Of a DNA stretch of 64,000 nt, positions 44,101-58,400 are shown in pieces. The translations under genes and the position numbers were made by a program. Source of the DNA: Vicugna vicugna (lineage: Eukaryota); NCBI GenBank assembly GCA_013265495.1, contig MU058198.1, forward strand, positions 1,996,419 to 2,060,418. The letters are read 5' to 3'. Below the pieces are notes generated by a model. That model searched no databases. It was not told the DNA's origin and worked only from the letters and a program-made list of their open reading frames with translations. Numbering within the stretch: position 1 is the stretch's first letter; every line of letters begins with the position of its first letter.

Positions 44101-47100
44101 AAAAAGTTAGATCTCATGTGTATTTCCTTTCTAACTTTCTCTCTGCTGGTAACTTTTGGACTCTTGCGCCAACATCCACTTATTTCCCCTAACTCCAGAT
44201 AGAACTGAAGGTCATTTGTCATAGCAGGTTTTCTATCATCCCTCCTTCACTGAATCCTCTTCCCTATAGGCAGACAGTGTGTAAAGACCTCAGGGTGGAC
44301 TAGTAATTTTAATCTTCCGTATTGTATTCATTTCTGAGACATTATGGTCTGGCCTTTGTGCATTGTCTCAATCTAGAGCAAAGAGCTCTGGGGCACTTTC
44401 AGTTAGCAACCTTCATTTTGCATTATCTAAAACTCAGAGAACATGGGTTTTCTGAATTCCAGTTTCTAATAATGAAGACTCTTCTGCTAGAGTGTAGTTT
44501 GGGGGACTTTTAAGCCTGTTAATTTTCTTTGTGGATTGTAATATAATTTGTCTGCAAGAGACAGAAAGTTTAGAAAGTCAATTCCATTTCAGTGGTTGAA
44601 ACAAAAAATCTGATTACCATTCTGTCCCTTTTACTTATTGTGATAATGGTTCCTACCTTGTTTTTAATAGTTAAATTGTGCCACCTGGTGTCCACTTTCT
44701 AGGATCCTGTTAATTCCCTTAGGTGTCAGGAAACCGAATTCCACTGCAACATAACTCTACCATCATCTTCACCCTACAGAAGACAGTGAACACAGAGCTC
44801 TTCGAGAATGCATTTCTTATTTTTACTATTTATTAAAGTATAACTTGCATTAAGAAAAGTGCAGAAACCATAAGTGTACATCTTGATAAATTTTCATAAA
44901 GTGAACATGCTAGTGAAACTTTCCTTTCTCCAGCCAGGGCTTCCTATAAGCCTACAACGAAGAGCCAGAGAGCAGAGAAGTACATTGATTTAGTCTATAC
45001 AGATAATCCTCCCAGGGCAGAAAGTATAATGGAGAAGGGTAGAGTACTGATTCAAAGGGGCAAATAAAAGAAATATGACAAGGAAGCTACTGGATTTGGC
45101 ACTGAGAAATTCGGTGGGAGACTTGGACGTCCAGAGGGATGAAGGACTGAATATGGTGAATTGCCCTCCCACGTAAAACAATATATGTTGAATAAAAAAC
45201 TGTTTAAACTTTTTAAATGCATCATTGATCCCACAAGAAATTTCAGAATGCAGAGGCCAACAACAAAGTGAAATTCAGCATCCCATGATTTTCCATTTTG
45301 GGGGACAGAGGAGAGTAGAAAAACCAAAGGCCAAGCCAAGGTAGGGATCTTAACAGCAGACCCACCCATAAAGAGGGAGAAGACAGATGCTAGGGAAATA
45401 CTGTTAGCAAAAGTCCTCTCTTGAAATCTGTAATTGACACACCACGCTACAAGCTATCAAGGTGAGCAAGCTTAGCGAATTAATAAGTAGTGTTTTCTCA
45501 AAAATGATCAGCATGCTAGATTGAGAGTGGTTTGATCATCTTAGGGAAGTCTGTTTTTAAGGGAGTTTCATTACTTTCTTAATTGAAGCTAATCTATCCT
45601 CTTTTTAATTGTAGGAAAGGACATTCCTCAATCCACAAGAACTTCCATAGGTAATGCATTAATGATGCTTCCTGGTAACAACTTTGTAGTGAGTATCAGC
45701 AGATTCTTTGATGACTATCAGGTGAAAAAACTATGTGCCAAGCAATTGAAAAATATCTACCTGGACTGCGGGAAAAAATGTGAGTATCTGGGGTTCCCCA
45801 GGTCCTTAAAAACAACCTATTCCTTTCTAGACTTACACATTTAAACTTAGATTGTAGACTATAAGAGAAACCTGTCATTCCTTCAATGGAGACAGTCACA
45901 CTTGCTGTTTTTGAGTACTTTTCTGTACCAAAGTTGTTTTCACAGACTAGGAAATAAAATGAAGCCTCAAAATAATATCCAAGATAAATTTATGAAGACA
46001 CCACCAGATTTAGAATGAGTTACTACTAGTTATTCACCTTCAATGCGAAAGTAGCTTCCCACACATTATCTTGAATCTTCACAGCACCCTGTAAGTTAGC
46101 TACTATTATCCCAATTTTGTAAATGAGGAAACAATGCTTTCTTAAGCTGTAGATTAATAAGTTCCCTGGGTCACTAAGTTTTCAGTATCACACTTCAAAG
46201 AAGGTAAAAGAAGTAAAAAATAAAAGAAAGGCGAATTCACAGCCCAGATCAAAATCAGGGGCAATAAAGCATTCTATTACATTTTTCATATTTTAGGCTG
46301 ATTTTCATACTTCTGTGTTTATGGGTACACAGTATATAAAGATGTAATTTGTGAAAATAACATAATAAAGAGGGAGTTATGAAGATGTATAGGAGCAGGG
46401 ATTTTGTATGCTATTGAAGATAAATTGATGTAAATTAAAACTAATTTCTTTTAAATTAAAAATGTCAGGTTTAATCCCCATGCTAACCATTAACAAATAT
46501 GTATATATATGTAGAGTACTAAAATAAGAAATTGATTTCTTTCTCAACTCCATATATGTAGGCTTGAGAAATATATATCTATTTTATATATATATTTGAG
46601 AAAGGAATCCAAACAGTACACATAAAAAAAATCTATTAACACAGAAGAAGACATTAATGGAGGAACTGAGGAACAAAAAAAAGACTTAATACATGTAGAA
46701 AACAAATGGCAACATTGGCAGAAGTAAGAAGTATGTCCTTTCTTATTGGTAAACACTTCACATTGTAAATATATTAAACTCTCAAAAAGCAGAGATTGGC
46801 AGAATATTTTTATTGAAGTATTGTTGATTTACAATGTTGTGTTAGTTCCAGGTGTACAGCAAAGTGATTCAAATAGATAGATATAGGTATAAAACAGGAT
46901 CAGAATTTATTTTTCAAAGTGATCCAACTACATGATATCTTCAAGAGACTCACCTTAGATCTAAAGACACAAATAAAGTGGAAGAAAAAAATGAAAAAAG
47001 ACAGTCCATACAAATAGCAACCAAAAGACATCTGAGTTGGCTATACTAATGTGAAAAAATAGACTTTTGGGAAAAAATTATTACCAGAAGCAAAGGACTT

Positions 47101-50100
47101 TACATATCAATAAAGAAGTTACTCTAATAAGATATGAAAACTATAAGAAGCCTATATGAACCTAACAAAGCACCAGAATCTATGAAGCCAAAATAGAATT
47201 GAAGGGAGAAATAGTTCTACAACTATTATTAATAGATAAAACAACTAGACAGAAGACCAATAATGAAACAGAGGATATACCAACACTCTAAACTGACTGG
47301 TCTAACAGATATATACAGAACACTTCACCCAAAACAACAAAATATACATTCTTCACAAGTTCACATGGAATGTTCACTAGGGCAGACCTTTAAGACATAG
47401 AACATGTCTCAATAAATTTTACAATACTGAATTAATGCAAAGTATCTTCTCCAAAAGCAATAGCATGAAACTAGAAATTAAGAATGAAGGAAAGTCAGAA
47501 AATTTGCAAATATGTGGAAATAAAATAATACATTCTTGGACAACAAGGTTTTGTTTTTTTGTTCAACAAGTTTACCGATACCTTCCATGAGAAAAGAAGA
47601 CTTTATCTCTTCAACAAGTGATACTGGTGAAACTGAATGTCCACCTGCAGAAAAATGAAGTTGAAACTTTATTTCACACCATATATAAAATATAAGAATG
47701 GATCAAAGACCTAAATATAAGAATTAAAAGTATAAATAATGCTTAGAAGAAAATATAGGAGTAACTCTTCATGACCTGTGATTTGACAATGGCTTACTAT
47801 ATATGACACCAAAAAAACACAAAAGAAAAAATAAATATAGCTCATCAAAATGTAAACTTTGGTGCTTCAAAGGACACTGTCAAAAAAGTGAAAGGACATC
47901 CTGCAGAACAGGGGAAAAAATACTTGCATTCCAAGTCACTGGTAAGTCTAGCATCCAGAAATTAGAAAGAGTTCTTACAACTCAGCAGCAAAAAGAGAAA
48001 ACTTAATTTTTAAATGAGAGAGAGGTGGGTATAGCTCAATGGTAGAGCATGCATGAGGTCCTGAGTTCAATTCCCTTACCTCCATTAAAAACAAATAAAT
48101 AAGCAAAGAACTTGAATAGATGTGCCTCCAGAGGAGATATACAAATGCCCTACAAGCACATGAAAAGATATACATCATTATTCACTGGGGAAATGCAAAT
48201 TGAAATCACAATGAGATAGGATTTATGCCAGCATCATGGTGATGTAAATCATATCTGTTTTCTCTCTCCTTTAATTTACAATTAATTGAACATCTATAAC
48301 CAGAGAAAGCATCTCTACACAGCATGCCAGGACACCCAACAGATTCATCCATCTTGGTACCCAAAAGTGGATAGTTTGGACCATATAAGGGGCTGTAGAG
48401 TTAGGGGAGTGGTGGTGGAGCTGAGGGTAGCAGAGAAGGCATCAGCAGATTCAGCATCAAGGCAGCATGACCTTTCTGGAAGAAAATAGATGGAGAGTGA
48501 AGATGATGAGTAGGGTCTGCCCAAACACACATGCTACAGCTGGAGGGTCGTATTGTGTTCTCTAAGGAGAGACCACAATGACTGGGGGAAGGGGAAGGAA
48601 CAGGAAGAAGGCAGAAAAAGAGAACCAAAGGAAGGCAGCTCTTGCTGTCTGCCTCGGGATTCTGGCAAGAGGACCAGCCACAGACCTCTGGAGCTCCTCC
48701 ATTTGGAGGTCCCCCTACCCAGCCATGGGCACTAAGTCCCAAGTGTTAGGTCAACAGCTCCCCTGACTCTGCCATCATCCTTTTTTTTTTCTCTGCCAGC
48801 TTTTTTTTAATGGCACACTTCCAACTTTAGCGGCAAGTCAGCTCTAGTAAGAGAAATACAAAAATTGTGCTAGAGTGATACCTTCTGAAAAACAAAAGGG
48901 ATAAAGAAGGTCATAAGACAAAAATGAGACAAAGAAGGTCATCATATAATGATCAAGTGGTCTGTACATAAAGATATAATTATTGTAAATGTATACACTC
49001 CCAACATCCAAGCAAATATAGCCAGCAAAAACTAACAGATCTTAAGGGAGAAATAGACAACAATATACTGATAGTAGGGAACATATAATACCTCATCAGC
49101 AATAGATAAATCAACCAGACAGAAAATCAAAAAAGAAACAATGAATTGAAACACACTTTAGAACAAGTTGATGTAATAGACTCCAGAACATTTCATCCAA
49201 CAGCAGCAGAATACATATTTTTCTCAAGTGCACATGGAACATTCTCCAGGATAGATCACCTGATAAGCCATAAAACAAACCGTAGCCAATTTGAGAAAAC
49301 TGAAATCATACCAACTATATTCTCTAGTATGAAACTAGAAATCAATAAGAGTAAAGTGAGAAAATACAATGATGTGGGCACTAAACAGTACACTTCTAAA
49401 CAGCCTTTGGGTCAAAGAAGAAAACAAAAGAGAAATAAAAACTTATCCTGAAACAAATAAAAATGGAACTACAACATACCAAATATTTTGGGATGCAACA
49501 AAAGCAGTCCCATAGCAAAAGCAGAAAGTTTATAGCAAGAAATACATGTATTAAGGAAATGTAAAGACTGCAAGTAAACAACCCAACTTTATCCCACAAG
49601 GAACAAAAAAAAGAACAAATTAAGTTTAAAGTTAGCAGAAGAAAGGAAATAACAAAGAACAGAGCAGAAATAAATAAAATAAAGACCAGAAAAACAATAG
49701 AAAGGAACAATGAAACTAAGAGCTAGTTCATCAAAAAGGAAAAAAAAAGAAAAAGAAAAATCTTTAGACTAACTGAAAAAAAAAAAGAAAAGATGACTCA
49801 AATAAAATAAGAAATAGAAAAGGAGACATTATAACTGATAATACAGAAATACATATGTATAACTGAAAAATTGTGCTCTACACTGGAATTTGACACAACA
49901 TTGTAAAATGATTATAAATCAATAAAAAATGTTAAAAGAAATACATAAAGTCATTAGAGACTGTTGTGAACAATTATATGCCAACAAATTACATAACCTA
50001 GAAGAAATAAATATATTTCTAGAAATACACAGCCTACAAAGACTGAATCAAGTAGAAAAAGAAAATCTGAATAGACCAATAACAAGGAAAGAGATCGGAT

Positions 50101-52427
50101 CAATAATCAAAAACCACACAATACGGAAAACTCCAGGACCAGATGGCTCCATGGAGAATTCTGCCAAACATTTTTAAAAAAGAATTAACAACAGTCTGGA
50201 AGTATAACACTACCAGATTTCAAACTATACTACAAAGCCATAGTAATAAAAAAAAATACGGTACTGACATAAAATTAGACCCATCAACCAATGGAACAGA
50301 ACAAAGAGCCCAAAATTAAACCCCAGCATATACATGGTCAACTAATATTCAGCAAGGGAGCCAAGAATACCCAATGGAGAAAGAATAGTCTCTTCAACAA
50401 ATGATTCTAGGAAAACTGGAGAAACACATGCAGAATAATGAAGTCGGACCCCTATCTCACACCACCCACAAAAATTAACTAGAAATGGGTCAGGGTTTTA
50501 AGCATAAGATCTGGTACCATAAAGCTCCTAGAAGAAAATGTGAGGAAGAAACACATCAATATTAGTCTCTACAATTATTTTTTTGGACATGACGCCAAAA
50601 CTACAAACAAAAGCAAAAGTCAACAAATGGGACTCCGTCAAACTCAAATGCTTCTGTGCAGCAAAAAAAACAAAATGAAATGACAACCTACAGAATGGGA
50701 GAAAATTTTTTTTCAAATCATAGATAAGGAGTTAAAATACATTAAGAACTCAACAACAACAAAATTCATTAAAAAATGGGTAGAAGAACTAAAAAGATAT
50801 TTTTTCAAATAGGACATCAAAATGGCCAACAGACACAGGAAACAGTGCTCAGTATCACTAATCATCAGAGAAATGCAAATCAAAACTACAATGAGATATC
50901 ACCTCACATGTGTTAGAATGGCTATCATCAAGAAGACAGGAGGCAACAAACAGGTGCTAGCAGGGGTATGATTTAAAGGGGACCCACATATACATTGTTG
51001 GTGGAAATGTAAATCAATCCAAACAATTGACTGTAGAAAACAATATGGAGGTTCCTCAAAATATTAAAAATAAAATCTACCATACCATTCAGCACTTCTG
51101 CATCTGGGTATGTACCCAAAGGAAATGAAATAGGATTTTGACGAGATGCATGCACTCCAACATTTATTACAGCGTTATTCACAATAGTGAAGATATGGAA
51201 ACAAGTCAAATGCCCATCAACAGATGAAAAGATAAAGAAAAATAGATATGGTACATATACACAGTGGAATATTATTCAGCCATGAGAAAGGAAGACATTC
51301 TGCCATTTGCGACAATATAGATAGACCTTGAACACATTCTGTTAAGCAAGCTAGGTCAAAGAAAGATTAGTACTGTATGATATCACTTATATATGTAATC
51401 CAAAAAAGTTACACTTCCTTTAAAAAGAGAGTAAAATTGTGGTTATCAGGGGGTTGAGTACAAGAAGATAAGAGTGATGGTATTTAAGGTACAAACTTGT
51501 AATGAGTAGTAAAAAAAAAAAGCATAGACAGCTAATACACAGTATAATAAGTGGAGACAATAATACTGTACTATAAACATATAATGTGATATATATTGCT
51601 ACACTGGCAGTCATATTACAATATATAAATGTATCAAGGTAATACACTGTACACCCTAGATTTACATAATGTTACATGTCAAATTCATTCAATTAAAAAT
51701 CACAAGGAGATACCACTGCACACCCACTTGCATGGCTATAAAAAAAATGGAAAATATCAAAGGTTTGGTGAGGAGATGGACAAACTGTTACTCTCAAATA
51801 CTGCTAGTAGGAATGTAAAATGTTGCAGCTTCTGTGGAAATTGGTTTGGTTGTTCTTCAAAAGGTTAAACACATAGTTACAACGTAACCCAACGATTCCA
51901 CTTCTGAGTATATACCCAGAATAATTGAAAACAAGTATTTAGACAAGAACTTGTACACAATGTTCATAGCAGCATTATTTGTAATAGCTTATTTGCATAA
52001 AAAGTAGAAGCTATCCAGAAATCCATCCACTGATAAGTGGATAACAAAATGTCTAGACAATGGAATATTGTTCAACAATAAGAAAAATGAATTACTGATA
52101 TATGCTACAACTTAGATGAGTCTTGAAAACATTATGCTAAGTGACAGATGCCAGACACAAAAGACCACTTATTGTATGATTTCACTTATATAAAATGCCT
52201 AATATATAAAATAAACAAGTTCATACTGTATAGCACAGGGAACTATATTCAATCTCTTGTAGTAAATTATAGTGAAAAAGAATATGAAAATGAATATACG
52301 TATGTTCATGTATGACTGAAGCATTATGCTGTACACCAGAAATTGACACAACATTGTAAATTGACTATACTTCAGTAAATATATATATTTATTATATGTA
52401 TATAATATATGTATATAATATATATAT

Positions 52428-52481
<54 letters not shown>

Positions 52482-55400
52482 TGTCCAAAATAGGCAAATC
52501 CATAGACACAGAAAGTAGATTAGGGGCTATCAGTGGCTAGAGAAGTGGGGGTAACTGTGACTGCTTAATAGCTATTGGATTTTCTTTTGAGATGATAAAA
52601 ATATGGATCTAGGTAGTGGTGATGATTGTACAACATTGTGAATGTACTCAGTGCCATGAATTGTGTATTTTAAGAAGGCAAATTTTATGTTATGTGTATT
52701 TTATTACAGTAAAAACAAACTATATTTCTGCATGCTGGTACAGAAAATACAAAACTTCTAAAAAGAGAGTGATTTTGTTATCTTCACATCTCAGAAATGC
52801 TTCCCATTAGCTTATCCAGAATTTAGCTGCTTGTGTTAATTTTCTTTTTAGTAAAGTCAGGAACTATCAGCTATTACATATTTACATTTAAACTATCATT
52901 CTTTTCTTCCTTACAAGTTTTGCCATTAATACACTTCCACTATTTAAAGCTTTTCCTCTTTATAGAATAAATACTTTTCTCACTCTGAAGGTCTTTAAGG
53001 ATATTATGCATAGCCTTCAATAATAGTTAAACATGCAATAAATGCCTTTCTTTTATTTGCTTTACTTAATTACTAAGCATTCTGTTCACAAAGGCTCAGC
53101 CGTTGAAACTCACTGACTGTGTAATGAGGTTGTCTTCTACCAAAACTGGTTAAATAAAAAAACAGATAAAAAATCATTGGCAGGAGGGCTTTTATAATAA
53201 CCATAAATACCAGGGAAGATCAAATAAGAGAGACAAAATATTAAGACAATTACTTACTTTCTATATTCTGTACTTCTCTAAATCTAACTTAAAGTTAATT
53301 TTGACTCTATATTTCTTAATATTTAGTGTCATCTTAGACTTCATGTCAGTTTTTGAAGTAAGGCTATCTGTTTCATCATCCTCAGTTGTTAAGAACAAGA
53401 TCTACAGTTTTGGAGAACGCGGGATTACAAAGTTTTTGATTTCGTTGGCTGCCCAGGGCCTCATTTATCTGCTGTTGCTTTTGTGTCTGGAAAGTACATT
53501 CTGGAACCTGAAAAACTTTGTCTATCATAAAATTATATTTAATGTCTACAAGAAATTCATGAAAGGCAAGAAGGTAAGTAACTAACATAGACTGTAGATA
53601 CAGCTCAAAGAAAGCTCAGTGTTAGGGCAGAATGTATGAATTTACATACTCCTACCTCTATTACTTTATAAAGAAAACATTATTCAATTATACCAAGAAT
53701 AATTTGAATCAGAAGACTTTTATCTTAGTTTGGATTTCAGGTTCTAAACTTTGAATCCTCTGCCAACAAGGAAATAATCAATTTGCCTTGGATTGAATGT
53801 GATAGAAGGTGCTGCCTTCTGCACGTGGAGTCTTTGGGATGCATTTGGTTGTAATTATGGATTAGACTTCTTAAATCTATGTAGGATCACAGGGCTTCAT
53901 GGCCTCTGCCTGTCAAGATTGTTAACTGTTGCTTGAAATAGTTCTCATGATTTCCCATCATCTCAGAGTTTTACCTAGGATTTTTTTTGTTTTGTTTTAA
54001 TGATCCATTCATTAGGTAATGGAATTCCCAGTGGTCTTTACTTGAACATCTCTTGAGGCAGCAAACCTCCATCTGTCTCCTTGTAATTTCCTCTCATTCA
54101 TCCTAATCCTGTCTGTGGGTGCTATTCCACGGTGGCTCTAGATACTGACCATGAATTTCTCTAAGCCTGCATAACTCTAGTATTTCAGAAGGGAGGATAT
54201 CTAGAGACCACAATGACCTTTGCTTCCACCTGGAATTCTGACTAGTATGAGTAGCATTTTAGTTGCCTGCGTTATGTTGCTGATTAATGCCTAGAACAAC
54301 ATAACAAGACAAAAGTCCTATTTTATTTACCAGAACTCATACAGATTTTACTACTACAAACAGAAGATGTCTGGTCCAAGACATGTCCAACCAAAATAAA
54401 TTTATCTTTTTGTGCACCATGGAATAGAAAGAACTTTTCTCAGTTGCCTAGGATTAAACATTTCATGAATGTTACCTTGAGATTTTTTTTCCTGCCCTAA
54501 CTTACTTAGACTGAGACAATAAACCCTAAACCATGTCACAGTCTTCAGGCATGAGAAAAGAACCATAATGAGTACACAAGGAGTCTTTTTTTTATATATA
54601 GTATTATGAGAATATTCAGATGGTAAATTTCTTCTCCTGTTTGTCATTGCCTCCAGTATGCTGAGAGCAGCCCCAAGCAAAAGACCAAGGCCTCAAACTT
54701 TTATATAGTAATCTAATGAACTAGTCTGGTTAGTCTGGGTGTCCTTAAACCAAAGTAAACTAAATTCCCTGTTTTCTTCAAGCCAAAAGTTCATTTGTAG
54801 TTTTCTTAACATTCCCAAATGAGGAAAAGTCACAATTATTAATAAGTAAAAGATAGTTCGTGAACCATAAAAAGAGAAAGATATTAGATAAAGAATTCTT
54901 TGACAGATTTTTTTTTCTTTCAACACTTTGAATATATGACATGAGTGCCTTTTAGACCGCACTGTTTTTATGGAATGGAGTACCGACTTCATGAGAGGTC
55001 AGCTGTTAATCCTTTGTTGACCCCTTGTATCTAATGCATCATTTTTCTCTAGCCACTATCAAAATTGTCTTTTTGTCATTAACTTTGAATAGTTTGACCA
55101 TAATGTGGTTAAGTGTGGATCTCTTTGTGTTAAAACTACTTAGGATTTGTTTAAATTCTTGAATGTGTAGATTCAAATTTTTCATCCAAGTTAAGAAATT
55201 TTGGCCATTATTTCTTCAGACATTTCCATTATGCAAGTGAAATAATAGGCTTTGTTTCATACCGTTATTAAGATTAAATATATGTGAAATGCACAGTGCT
55301 AAGCACAAAACAAGCAATAAATATTGGATCTTAGTAGGAACATTCTTGTTGCTTCTTAACATGCTCATTTTCCTCTTCTTCCACTGCTGCAAAACCTTCC

Positions 55401-58400
55401 AGTGTTCCTTATCTCAGTAAGTAACACCATCACCTATGCATTTGTTTAACAGAGAAGTCTGGGACTTGTTCTTAACTCCTTTATTCATGTTCCATCCCTG
55501 CTGTAATCTCTCTCTGAATTGTGTATATACATTTTTCAGTTTGTTTCAGTAGAACTTCTTGGGACTTTATGCTGAAAGCAAGTATTCTCACCAGTGGCTG
55601 CTATATGTGTCCCAGAAAATAAAACACTAGAATGCCCCCTGTGATGTATGTTGTAATGCACTGTTAAGATCCCCCTTCAGTGGAGGAGTTGCTGCCCGCG
55701 GCTTCTGGGAGTGCTATCTTCAGAAACAATTCAGCTGTCATTATCTTCATGGATTGCTTCAGCTGCAGAGAACCTCCTCTCCCAAGGTGACACTCCTTCC
55801 CACTTGGCCAGCTGCTAGTCACTTACAGATGCAGGAGTACAATGTTTGGTCATCTCAATGCCACTCAGACAACTTCGGGACTTCTCATGGGAAGCCGTGG
55901 GTCTACTGAGGTTGTCATTTGGCCTGCATCACAGCTTGACTTGTCTCCCTGCCTACTCCTGATTCCTTCCTCTCCCTTCCATGGTGTGGGTCCCAAAGAA
56001 ACTTCACCTGCAACAGTTAGTACCAGGAGAGGTCTCAGAAAGCATACAATAAGATGGGGTTTTAGAACTAGATGATTCACTGCTCATCTAGCAATGAGGT
56101 CCACATCACTGGTGGTGAAGGAAGCACAGAGAGTCTTTGGCACAAAGCAGTGGCCCAACAGTTAAAACCTTCACCAGTGGTGCATTGGGATGATGTACCA
56201 GAGGAAGAGAATGCACTGGCTGATGTGATGTATCAAGTATGTGAGAAATGTGGAGAAAATAACAGCCATAAGAACAATAGAATTAAGAGGCTATTGGTAT
56301 AAAGTCATTGCTTTAAAAAAGAAAAAGCTGAGAGTTATTAGTAGGAAATTGAAAGTGAAGTGTTAAAATAAAAGGACTTCTTTGGTAGCATATAATGAGG
56401 TTCTCATTTACTGCAGTGAAAGGGCAGAGAAAACTGAGTCCTGGGATCAAGGTCTAACTTTCATATTAGATGATCTCCAGGAAGGTCAACCTTTTAACCA
56501 AGGCAGATCTGCTATGCCAAGACCGCAGCTCTTGTTATAAAAGAGTGAGAATCTGTTGTAAGAGGTGGAGACATCTGAGTTAATGACCCCAAAATATTAA
56601 GTCCTCTGACTCACTCTGAGTCTATAAGAGCTGGCACACTCCGCTCTGTTAAGAATTCACATTCCCTCCTGAAATGAAGAAAATATAGAGGCCTCCCCTG
56701 CAAAACAGCACCTACCTACTCATGGTGGTAATCCACCAATTGCTCCCTAATTACTCAGTAATTAATAGAACACACAGGCAGAAAAATTAAAAGAGCTGTA
56801 AAACACCTTTCTACCAACTAGATGTATTTGACATTTATAGAATACTCCACCCAGTAAGAGCAGTGCACATGGAACATTCATCAAGATACACATTCAAAAT
56901 TTTAAGAGAATTGAAATAATGCAGAATATTTTTTTCTGAGCATTATGATATTAAACTACAAGTTAACAGAATTATAACAGGAAAATCTGTAAACATTGGG
57001 AAATTAAGCAGCACACTTCTATATAACCCATCAGTCAAAGAGGAAGTTGCAAAGGAAATTAGAAAATATTTTGAACTGAATGAAAATGAAAATAAAACAT
57101 ACCAATTTTGTGGGATGCAGTATTTTAATGGAAATTTATACATTAAGTGCTTGTATTTGAAATGAAGAAAAGTTTCAGGTCAATTATTGAAGCTTTCACC
57201 TCAATAAATTAGGAAAAGAAGAGCAAAATACACTCAAAGCAGGCAGAAGTAAGTACGTAAAAATAAGAAAAGAAAAACATAAAATTTCAAACAGAAAAGC
57301 AATGGAGAACACTGATGAGTGAAACCAAAAATGAATTCATTAAAAATGATTATAATAAGTCTCTAGCCAGTGCGCCCATAAAATAAAGAGAGACGGCACA
57401 CATTACCAATGTGAAGATAAATGAGGGGATATCACTACAGACACTACAGAAATTCAAAGCTACTTTATGCTTATACATTTGACACCTTAGGTGAAATAGA
57501 ACAATTCCTAGAAAGACCAAAACTCACTTGAGAATAAGAAACTAAATATTCTTACTACAATTAAAGAAATTTCCTGGGTAGTTTAAAATCTGTGAAAAAG
57601 AAAACCCCAAGCCTGAGTAATTTCACTGGTGAATTCTAGCAAAAACTTAAAGAGAAAATAGCATCAATTCTACACGATTTCTTCCCAGAAGTAGAAGAGA
57701 CGGGAGCATTTCTCAATTTATTTTTGAAGTCGTCATTAATCTTACACCAAAGCCAGAGAAAGTACAAGAAGCCAATATCCCTCATGGGCACAGGGACACA
57801 AATACGTTGGAATATCTCCAAGAAAATATTCATAAATAGAATAAAAGAATATATGGAAGGAATAATACACCATGAACAAGTGGGGTTTATTCCATGAATG
57901 TAAAGTTAGTTTAATTTTTTTTTTACATTTTTTATTGATTCATAATCATTTTACAGTGTTGTGTCAAATTCCAGTGTTCAGCACAATTTCTACAATTTTG
58001 AAATCCCAGTCTATCCCTTCCCACCCTCTACCCCCCTGGTAACCACAAGTCTGTATTCTCTGTCCATGAGTCTTTAGATTCCACATATGAGTGATCTCAT
58101 ATGGTATTTTTCTTTCTCTTTCTGGCTTACTTCACTTAGAATGACATTCTCTAGGAGCATCCATGTTGCTGCAAATGGCGTTATGTTGTCGGTTTTTATG
58201 GCTGAGTAGTATTCCATTGTATAAATATACCACCTCTTCTTTATCCAGTCACCTATTGATGGACATTTAGGCTGTTTCCATGTTTTGGCTATTGTAAATA
58301 GTGCTGCTATGAACATTGGGGTGCAGGTGTCATCCTGAAGTAGATTTCCTTCTGGATACAAGCCCAGGAGTGGGATTCCTGGGTCATATGGAAAGTCTAT

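Larger units (their letters stand above)
46230..52720 (+). mobile_element. Old host L1 (L1MB-like; 46230-48218, resuming at 51697-52720) with several nested insertions
   Basis: Endonuclease-region text at 46900-47540, ORF2 tail at 47600-48218, continuing after the TSD at 51697 to the 3' UTR near 52715. Confidence 0.85.

Noticed and set aside
48022..48102. tRNA gene
   Set aside because: It has A and B boxes but no full cloverleaf, carries an A-rich tail and sits inside an L1, so it is a SINE.
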